Origin: Planctomycetota bacterium
GTDB taxonomy: Bacteria > Planctomycetota > UBA1135
DNA length: 40,254 nucleotides
Assembly: GCA_022447335.1 (NCBI GenBank)
Contig: JAKVCF010000002.1
Coordinates: 1 to 40,254, forward strand
Reading direction: 5' to 3'
The notes under the pieces were generated by a model. That model ran no database searches and had not been told where the DNA came from. It saw only the letters and a list, made by a program, of their open reading frames with translations. Position 1 is the stretch's first letter, and each line of letters opens with the position of its first letter. Both the position numbers and the translations under genes were made by a program. Positions 33,220 through 40,254 of this stretch are shown one piece after another.

Positions 33220-34791
33220 CTATTGCTGTTGGAACTCGGGGGAACCAAGGAGAAGGCCGACGAGTTGTGGGCCAAGCTCGCGGGAATCAGGGACTCGAGT
33301 TTTCTTTAGGTACTCGTCAGTCACTGTAGACAGCGCATTGCGAGTACGCTGACCGGCGCCTCCCGGAAGTAGGCGATTTGTGAGGTGATGCTGCCAGAGG
33401 CGCGGAATGCCCTGTGGCAAATCGTCGAAAAACTCGACCGGGATTTCGACGCCCTTGACCTTTCCCGTGGCCAGGTCAAGCGCAAAACCCCAACGCGTCG
33501 CCATCACGCCCGGATCGAGCCAGGCTTCAGCGACGTCATAGTAGCCAGTGGGATCATCGCAATGCAGAATCGGTTGACCCATATCGCGGAGTGCGGTCAG
33601 GCATCGATTCACTTCCTGCACTTCCGCGTCAGTTGCGCGCAGCGCGGCACAGAGGAACTCGAGCGGGGTGCGAAACTTCGTGCGAACTACTCCGGGCGAC
33701 CAAAATTCCTCACTCTTAACAATGGTGCGCACCATGTCCGGGATAAGCCCGTCGGTTTTGCGATAGACGCTGGCTACTTCCTTGACCAGCGAGCTAGGTG
33801 GCTGGTCCGCGACCAGGAGTCGGACTAACTTCATCGCAATGAACTCGGCCGTCCCCCTGTGATCGGCCAGCATTTCGACAATAGCCTCCCCTTCACCAAC
33901 GCCCCCTTTGTCACGATCCTCACGGATTTTTCTGCCAAGTACCCGCTTATCGCCTGTCACATGCATTTCTGATCGAAAACGAAAGCCCCAGCTACCTTCG
34001 CGCCTACCGTCATAGGTCCATCCAGTTAACGCCTCGGCAACCGCAATCACATCCTTCTGCTTATAAATATTGTCGACACCAAGGGTGTGCAACTCGAGCA
34101 ACTCGCGAGCGTAGTTCTCATTAAGCCCACGTTGCGCCGCAATCTCCGCCGCTTGCTCACCCGCCTCGCGCGAGTCAGTTCGCCGACGCTCGCGCCGCTC
34201 TATCTCGGCGAGCTCCTGCTTCGACGGCGGCTTGCGCGACAAATGGTTATCGAGGTAATGCAGCATCGCGGGGTGCTTTGCCGAAGCCATGAGCATCTCT
34301 GGAAAGTTTCCGAGCGCATGCCGGCGTACTACTTCGCGGTCGTAATCAGTAATCAGAAAGTCGGCTGGGCCTCCCTTCGTAAAAGAAACATTGAAATGAT
34401 TTCGCCAGAAATCTGCGAGCACCGCTTCAACCTGGCGACTTGAGAAAAGTGAGCGTAAAAAAGTCGCGCGAGTCAGCTCACCCTTCGGAATACGACGTTT
34501 CTCCCGCTCAGCTTGGCGCTCTTCCGCCGACAACTCGTTCCCACGCCGGCCCTCGAAGTCCTCGGTTATCCAGGTGTAAAGCCTGGGCGTAGACATGTCG
34601 AGAGTCTGGAAGTTGGTCAGCGCTTCCTTCATGCGAGGGTCGGATTCCTCGCCAGGAGCCAACTGCTCCTCGACCCAGTTGTCCTCACCTTCCGCAAGCA
34701 CACGTTCAACCTCAGCCTCGGATGGCCCGAAACTCAGTCTCGACAGCAGGTGGACGGCGCGATCCCGCATGACTCCCATGCTAGCGACCAA
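33220..34791 (-). CDS. DUF1800 family protein
   Basis: The N-terminal HLLSRLSFGPS and the internal HTLGVD and NENYARELLELHTLG motifs are typical of DUF1800. The longest ORF starts with TTG at 34791. ATG alternatives are at 34779 and 34770. Confidence 0.8.
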   Translation of the reverse strand: MVASMGVMRDRAVHLLSRLSFGPSEAEVERVLAEGEDNWVEEQLAPGEESDPRMKEALTNFQTLDMSTPRLYTWITEDFEGRRGNELSAEERQAEREKRRIPKGELTRATFLRSLFSSRQVEAVLADFWRNHFNVSFTKGGPADFLITDYDREVVRRHALGNFPEMLMASAKHPAMLHYLDNHLSRKPPSKQELAEIERRERRRTDSREAGEQAAEIAAQRGLNENYARELLELHTLGVDNIYKQKDVIAVAEALTGWTYDGRREGSWGFRFRSEMHVTGDKRVLGRKIREDRDKGGVGEGEAIVEMLADHRGTAEFIAMKLVRLLVADQPPSSLVKEVASVYRKTDGLIPDMVRTIVKSEEFWSPGVVRTKFRTPLEFLCAALRATDAEVQEVNRCLTALRDMGQPILHCDDPTGYYDVAEAWLDPGVMATRWGFALDLATGKVKGVEIPVEFFDDLPQGIPRLWQHHLTNRLLPGGAGQRTRNALSTVTDEYLKKTRVPDSRELGPQLVGLLLGSPEFQQQ

Positions 34792-34885
34792 CCCGGGCTA
34801 GGAGGAAGGGTTCCGAAAGACCGAAACTACGCCTCGATCCCCTTGTGCGGGCCAGCGATAGCCACTCTTGCCTGCGCAAAGCGTG

Positions 34886-35749
34886 CTACTCGGACCAATC
34901 GTAGAACCCTCGCCCAGACTTCTTGCCCAATTTGCCCGTAGCCACCATCTCTCGCAGCAGTTTCGGTGGATCGAAACGTGGGCCTAAAGTCGACGCGAGA
35001 TACTCGCTAATGCCCAAGCGCACATCGAGTCCGACGAGATCTGTGAGCTTGAGTGGCCCCATCGGGAAGCCATAGCCACGCACCATCGCAGTATCAATAT
35101 CGGCCGCACTCGCGACGCCCTCTTCCACCATGCGCATAGCCTCAAGCCCGATTGCCAGGCCCAATCGCGAACTTGCAAATCCCGGCGCATCTTTGACCAC
35201 GATGCCATCCTTGCTTAGCCGATCACTTAGCCCGCGCGCACAAGACAGCACCTCATCAGAGGTCTTCTCACCTACCACGATCTCTAGTAGCTTCATAATC
35301 GGAACTGGGTTGAAAAAATGCAGCCCGAGGAACCGCTGCGGAAAATCCAAAGCGTCCGCGATCTTATTGATCGACAAACTCGAAGTATTGCTTGCAAGAA
35401 TGGCTCGCTCAGGCGCCGCAGCCTCGACTTTGCGGAAGACAACTTGTTTGAGCTCCAACCTCTCAGGCACCGCCTCAATCACAAGGTCGCAATCGGTCAC
35501 CGCCTCTGGCAGTAAAGTCGACCCGGACACACGCGCGCGCACCGCCTCGGCGTCGACGTGGTTCATCTTGCCGCGCTCTACTCCCTTTGCAAGCATTCGG
35601 TCGATATTGGCAAGGCCCCTTGCAAGCGGCTCGTCGGCAATATCAAACAGCACAACTTCCATGCCAGCTTGGGCACAGACTTGTGCGATGCCATTCCCCA
35701 TCGTGCCGGCGCCTAGCACGGCGGCCTTCTTCAGCTCCTTCGCATCCAT
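34886..35749 (-). CDS. hbd: 3-hydroxybutyryl-CoA / 3-hydroxyacyl-CoA dehydrogenase
   Basis: It has the NAD fold KKAAVLGAGTMGNGIAQVCA plus SNTSSL and HFFNPVPIMKLLEIV. I chose the start at the ATG at 35749. Confidence 0.85.
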   Translation of the reverse strand: MDAKELKKAAVLGAGTMGNGIAQVCAQAGMEVVLFDIADEPLARGLANIDRMLAKGVERGKMNHVDAEAVRARVSGSTLLPEAVTDCDLVIEAVPERLELKQVVFRKVEAAAPERAILASNTSSLSINKIADALDFPQRFLGLHFFNPVPIMKLLEIVVGEKTSDEVLSCARGLSDRLSKDGIVVKDAPGFASSRLGLAIGLEAMRMVEEGVASAADIDTAMVRGYGFPMGPLKLTDLVGLDVRLGISEYLASTLGPRFDPPKLLREMVATGKLGKKSGRGFYDWSE

Positions 35750-35795
35750 GACGCGAAACAGGATACGCGTGCGGCGATAAGCCGGCGATAGAGCG

Positions 35796-38036
35796 CTACT
35801 CCTCGAGCTCAAGTTCGCTCAGGCCGACATGCGCCTGGCCAATCTCCCCACCATGCAATGCAGCAATGTGCACTTCGAGCTGCTTAATGCGGACCTTTTT
35901 GCCAAGGTCGAGCACGGCCTTCTCCCACGGATCACTTGGCACATCAATTTCGAAGACCTCCCGCTTATTAATAATGACCCTCAGCTTGGTCGGGCGCTGA
36001 TCGCCAGCCTGAGTCTGGCGCGTCGTCTCGGGCGTAAAACGCACGTACCGCGCACGGACGGCTTTACGCAGCTCGAGCATGACCCACGGGTCAGCGTCAT
36101 CCTTCGCACTTGACCAACCGCCAGCATACGTGCCGTCGACAAGCTTCTCGGGTTTGCGGTTGTTGTCGCGAATCGACGAAGACCGCCAGCTCAAGCCTTC
36201 GGCCCCTATTAATAAGTTACGCAATGGCGCAGTCGAAGCGGCCATCAGCTCTTGCGAAGCAACGAGGCGTACTGCGACCTGCAGCTTAGGGCTAGTGAGT
36301 AGGCCGCCCGGGGTGTCAAGCCGACACCAAATTTCCCAGCGACCCGGACGCGGGAATTGCGTGCGCAAAGTCCAGCGGCCATTGAGCTGCTCTCCACGAC
36401 CGAGATTCAACTCGAGCTGCTCTCCCACCCGAGAAGCAAAAAACTCGGACTTCGTCCCCGCCACGCGCGAATCTGCCACCCAAATAGTCATTGGCGTATC
36501 TCCAATCGCGCGCAAAACTACATCGGCATCTTCAGCTGTAGCCAACGCCGGTGACGTGCGTGTACCAGCTTCCGTTACCGCCAATGAGGTCGCCCGCTTC
36601 AAGAAGAGTAGGCTCATCGCAGTATCGCGCTCGGTGTTAGCCCACGAGTCATCGTCTTTCTGACCGTCCACCAAGAACCGCGCCCCCTCCAGATACCACG
36701 GATGCCCACCGTACGCCTCTCGCTCCATCAGCGCTCCCACGCGCTCAAGGCCATATAAGTGGAAGTAATGCCAACTCCGATTAGGCGGATTGTGGTGAAC
36801 CGCCCAGTGATTACCTAACCACAACGCCCCCTGCTCAATCGCACGCTCCGACTCCTTTCTCAATCGCGTTGGGATCTTGCTACCACCATTCTTCAGCGCC
36901 AAGATAGCCACCGTCATCCCCGCACTGGTCATCGATCCCGATGCATCCTTCCCACCTTTTCGGTAAGTAAATCCGCGCTCGTACTCGGTCGTGCCATCTT
37001 CCAGCTCGACCCGCTCTTCGGCAGTCTGCAAGTCCAGGGCGCCTTTTAAGGCGGCTTCCCAAAACTCTATGTCCACATTGATGCCGTAAGCACGCGCCGC
37101 AGCGTCGATCCCCAGACAAGCCACGACATGATTCGAAAGATCGTCCGCACCTGGATAGCCATACACACTTCCATTCGGTAGCACGCTAATCAGCCAGGCC
37201 ATAACCTCTTCCGCGAACCCCTTGTATTCATCACGGTCGGCCGCAGCCAATGCAAGCAGCGTGAACCCCGCCGTATAGGTTTTATTGAGATTACGGTGAC
37301 GCATCGAGTTAATGCCGCGCTCGATCACTGGGTGGCCCGGCGTAAGCCCGCACTTCAATAAGGCGTACAGCACGACCGGCGTAATCCCACCGGGGTAGTT
37401 GGAATGCTCTCCCCAACCTCCATCAATCATTTGGCGATCGAGTAAGTAGTTCACGCCACGATCGATAGCTGAGTCGATCGGACCCTGCAACTCAGCTAAA
37501 TCGGACTGCCATCGAAAGGATGTCCGCATACCAAAAGCAAATCGATTAGGTGGGCCAATGAGCTTGACCAAAATGTGGTTCTTGCCCATTTGCACCGGAA
37601 GCTCTATCTCGACCGTACTGCCGGCCTCGGCGATTTCGTCCGGGGTCTCAGTAATCACCGCGCCATTCAGCCAAACGCGATAGGCGCCATCGGCAACAAT
37701 TTCGACTGGAAGATTTCCAGGCTGTCGCACTTCGACTGAACGATAGAGGTAACCGACTGAAGTTTCGCGCGTGCCGGTTAGGCGCGACAGGTTGACGGGA
37801 TAGCCGCCGACTCCGTCCTGCCAGGTGATACGCCCTCCATTGTCACGCAGATACGTGCCGCGCGGATTAGGGTCGCCTCCACGCTGAATCCGTGCAAGCA
37901 TGTCTTCGGGTGGAAGCTTGGTGGCCAAACCTTCGGCTACAGAAGGAGTCGGCCAAGGGCCGACGATCTTCCAATCATCCCAAATCGGCTCACTCTGAAA
38001 GAAGAGCGTGCACAGGACCCCAAAAAGCATGTGCAC
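35796..38036 (-). CDS. large secreted multidomain protein: prenyltransferase/squalene-oxidase-like repeats plus C-terminal discoidin (F5/8 type C)-like domain
   Basis: The N-terminus is hydrophobic. AIDRGVNYLLDRQMIDGGWGE and further alpha/alpha-toroid-like repeats are present. The C-terminal KLVDGTYAGGWSSAKDDADPWVMLELRKAVRARYVRF resembles a discoidin domain. Confidence 0.6.
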   Translation of the reverse strand: MHMLFGVLCTLFFQSEPIWDDWKIVGPWPTPSVAEGLATKLPPEDMLARIQRGGDPNPRGTYLRDNGGRITWQDGVGGYPVNLSRLTGTRETSVGYLYRSVEVRQPGNLPVEIVADGAYRVWLNGAVITETPDEIAEAGSTVEIELPVQMGKNHILVKLIGPPNRFAFGMRTSFRWQSDLAELQGPIDSAIDRGVNYLLDRQMIDGGWGEHSNYPGGITPVVLYALLKCGLTPGHPVIERGINSMRHRNLNKTYTAGFTLLALAAADRDEYKGFAEEVMAWLISVLPNGSVYGYPGADDLSNHVVACLGIDAAARAYGINVDIEFWEAALKGALDLQTAEERVELEDGTTEYERGFTYRKGGKDASGSMTSAGMTVAILALKNGGSKIPTRLRKESERAIEQGALWLGNHWAVHHNPPNRSWHYFHLYGLERVGALMEREAYGGHPWYLEGARFLVDGQKDDDSWANTERDTAMSLLFLKRATSLAVTEAGTRTSPALATAEDADVVLRAIGDTPMTIWVADSRVAGTKSEFFASRVGEQLELNLGRGEQLNGRWTLRTQFPRPGRWEIWCRLDTPGGLLTSPKLQVAVRLVASQELMAASTAPLRNLLIGAEGLSWRSSSIRDNNRKPEKLVDGTYAGGWSSAKDDADPWVMLELRKAVRARYVRFTPETTRQTQAGDQRPTKLRVIINKREVFEIDVPSDPWEKAVLDLGKKVRIKQLEVHIAALHGGEIGQAHVGLSELELEE

Positions 38037-38062
38037 AGGATAACGGGGCCAACAAATTTGGA

Positions 38063-40254
38063 TCAGTCGAGTCGGACTTCACCACCTTTGCGCACAGCTT
38101 CTTCTGGCACGACCAAATTGCCCTCGCGGACGAGTTCGCCTGCTGAATCAACTAACTGCCACTTAGCATAAACCACCTCAGCGTCGCCGTTAGCCAACGC
38201 CGTGGTGTAAGGGAGGCGTAATTCGCGCGAGCCCACTGCGCGATAGAGAAAGGAGACAACCTCTCTCCCTGCAAAGCCCACCTGGACGCCAAGTTCGATG
38301 CGCAATTCTTGCCCAGGGTCGCTGTCGATGACGATCCGAGCGCCTGGCACATATTCCCAAATCAGGCCGTGCGGCTGAACTGCACCGCCGAAGAGTGGGT
38401 GCGAATCGGGAAGCGGCGAAACGTGCACTAACCGAAGGAAGCCCAAAGGGTTACGCGGGCCATCCGGGCCATCCGGATCGCCCAAGCCCGGGAAACTGCC
38501 GCCTGGCCGTGGGGTTACTCCCACCCCGAGGGCTGCGGCCATGGTGTCAAACCACGCTGGCCTGAAACTGGTGCGCTCACGCCCCTGCGCGTCTTCGAAA
38601 GTGCGGATGAAACCACCCTCTGGAAGTCCTTGGCCAAAAGAACGCTGTAGCTGATCTAATGACAAACTCATCTGCGAAGAGCGCACTACGTAACGCACTT
38701 GATGACGTCGCAGAATCTGTTCAGCTTCGGCCGGGTCCGTCGAAAGAAAGAACCTCGCAGGAGCGCGGTAGCCCTCTTCGCCGACGTAGCTCCCAAAGTT
38801 GGTCGCGACTGAGGCCATGCGCGCACGCCATTCGATCTCGTGCCCCCAGTCCCATGGCGCAAGCACACTACCTTCAGCTTCAGCGGCAGGAAGCTCCGGC
38901 GCACGATCGCCGATCCACTCGAGCAGGTGGCGTCGAGCTGTTGCGGCTGAATTACTACTGACCTCGTGAGTAAATGGCCGAGCCAGCGATTCAGTGCCTA
39001 CTAGGGCCATAGAAATGCCCGCCGCAAGTAGAAATGCAGCCCCAAAACGTGCGGGAGCTGGTCGCGCAGCATACTGAGCGCTCCACTTTGGCAAGTTGGC
39101 CTGAACGACCTTGCGCGAAAATTCTACTGCTAACCAACCATAGCCAAGCGCGGCCGGGCCCATCATTGCTTCGACAAACCGAACCTGCGAGATGGACTGT
39201 GCCCAAGAGAGCATGAGCACGAAAGCGAGGCCTGCATATTCCGGCCTTCTACCACTTAGTAACTGGGACATCCAAACAACCACAATAAAGGGTGTAAAGA
39301 ACACCCCGATCCCAGTCCAGCTTCGGTAACCATCGGTCAGACGACTCGACTCAGCAATGCCGGACATGAATTCATCCGCGCGCGATACCCAAGTAAAGCC
39401 CTCTCGTATTCCAGCCCCTGGGCCCAAGTTGAGTACGAGCAAAAGCAGCGTGACGATCACCGCTGCCCCTGGGACCATGAGGGCAGGAAACTGTCCGTTC
39501 CGACGCGGCAGGAAAACCAAAAAGCCCATCAAAAGCTCAGCGAGGTGGAACCAACTGAGGTTAACCACCATCCACGGGAAGTCCTGTTTCCAGGGACTCG
39601 CGAGCACCTCGGGCAAAACGACCACGAGCGCTGCGGCGTGGAAACACATGCCAAAAACTCGTAGCCCCGGAGCGGAAGATGCAAGGCCGCCCCTCTCGCC
39701 CGCACGAATCCAAAGAAATCCCATTGCCACTTGAAGCGCAAGCAGCCACAACAAACTTGCAACCCAACTACCAATAGACAAGCCAATCAACACTCCCGCT
39801 GCAATTCCTTTGTGCCCACTGACTTGTAAGTTAGACAGATTTTTGCGCGTCCATGAAAAGGTGCAGATCAGCAGCGCACCAAAGTTGAGCAGACTAACCC
39901 AAGCGTGATGATCGGCGATCCCCGGCACCTGATAGTGCACGGATCCATAGCACAAAGCGTAAGTCAAGCCAGCCACAGCCGCGCCAAGTTGAGATCGAAG
40001 TAGAGCTCCTGCCGCCAAGCTAAGCAACGCACAGCTGAGCAGCCCAAAGGCAAAGGGAAACCAGGTCAAGGTGCGCTCCAGAAAGGCGCGCCGCTCTACA
40101 GGATCGCCCGGAGCAAAAAGCCCAACTAGGCTGAGCGCCGCGTCGTCCGCATAAGACGGCCACGGAATCATTGCCCCCTCCGGAAAGTTCAATCGACCAT
40201 CTTGGCTGGCAATGCTCCCCTCTTCCAATGCGCGTTCAACGCGGCGCATGTGAT
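38063..40254 (-). CDS. STT3/AglB-like oligosaccharyltransferase, 5'-partial (N-terminus outside the window)
   Basis: The frame stays open to the window edge. It has a multi-pass N-terminal membrane domain with GIADHHAW (D-x-H as in archaeal AglB metal sites), SGIAES (a TIxE/SVSE-like loop motif) and APWDWGHEIEW in the position of the WWDYG motif, followed by a soluble C-terminal domain. Confidence 0.65.
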   Translation of the reverse strand, partial: HMRRVERALEEGSIASQDGRLNFPEGAMIPWPSYADDAALSLVGLFAPGDPVERRAFLERTLTWFPFAFGLLSCALLSLAAGALLRSQLGAAVAGLTYALCYGSVHYQVPGIADHHAWVSLLNFGALLICTFSWTRKNLSNLQVSGHKGIAAGVLIGLSIGSWVASLLWLLALQVAMGFLWIRAGERGGLASSAPGLRVFGMCFHAAALVVVLPEVLASPWKQDFPWMVVNLSWFHLAELLMGFLVFLPRRNGQFPALMVPGAAVIVTLLLLVLNLGPGAGIREGFTWVSRADEFMSGIAESSRLTDGYRSWTGIGVFFTPFIVVVWMSQLLSGRRPEYAGLAFVLMLSWAQSISQVRFVEAMMGPAALGYGWLAVEFSRKVVQANLPKWSAQYAARPAPARFGAAFLLAAGISMALVGTESLARPFTHEVSSNSAATARRHLLEWIGDRAPELPAAEAEGSVLAPWDWGHEIEWRARMASVATNFGSYVGEEGYRAPARFFLSTDPAEAEQILRRHQVRYVVRSSQMSLSLDQLQRSFGQGLPEGGFIRTFEDAQGRERTSFRPAWFDTMAAALGVGVTPRPGGSFPGLGDPDGPDGPRNPLGFLRLVHVSPLPDSHPLFGGAVQPHGLIWEYVPGARIVIDSDPGQELRIELGVQVGFAGREVVSFLYRAVGSRELRLPYTTALANGDAEVVYAKWQLVDSAGELVREGNLVVPEEAVRKGGEVRLD

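Noticed and set aside
1-40254. Search for CRISPR arrays, tRNA/rRNA genes, IS elements, integrases or phage-defence-type genes
   Set aside because: I saw no spaced direct repeats, no cloverleaf-sized conserved intergenic segments and no transposase-, recombinase-, nuclease- or ATPase-type ORFs. Intergenic gaps are almost all under 140 nt.

Overview
This is a moderately GC-rich, gene-dense bacterial chromosomal segment with about 38 protein genes. I found no rRNA, tRNA, CRISPR array, transposase or integrase. Gene content suggests a Planctomycetota/Verrucomicrobiota-like organism, based on DUF1501/DUF1800, DUF1080, BNR/Asp-box, sulfatase-like and prenyltransferase-repeat/discoidin proteins and on Tat and lipobox signals. 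This placement is an inference, not a search result. From left to right, the window holds: (1) a translationally coupled chain of a c-type cytochrome, ctaA, ctaB, an MFS transporter and queG; (2) a low-GC islet with a small zinc-ribbon ORF and a strong intrinsic terminator; (3) thiE, an M20 dipeptidase divergent from a POT peptide transporter, a large BNR lipoprotein and DoxX; (4) a GHMP-like kinase overlapping an AlkA-type glycosylase; (5) ispG followed by a sulfatase-like enzyme; (6) the most coherent system, at about 19.3-29.5 kb. It is a CarH/LitR-type regulator (MerR HTH plus B12-binding domain with Wx9EH and ExHxxG signatures) with a downstream TudS-DUF1722 gene, divergent from a class II-like photolyase. 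A seven-gene, stop/start-overlapping lipid-modification operon follows: DUF1295, two CFA-synthase-like methyltransferases, a Delta9-type desaturase, an FAD oxidoreductase, DUF1365 and DUF2878. It resembles, and extends, the furan-fatty-acid pathway; (7) hydrolase/thioesterase genes, a DUF1800-DUF1501 pair, hbd, a large secreted multidomain protein and a 5'-truncated STT3/AglB-like oligosaccharyltransferase. Shine-Dalgarno sequences are rare. Several first-in-operon genes have a -10-like hexamer 6-8 nt upstream of the ATG, a leaderless-type geometry. All protein calls come from recognising motifs by eye in the supplied translations. No database search was run.
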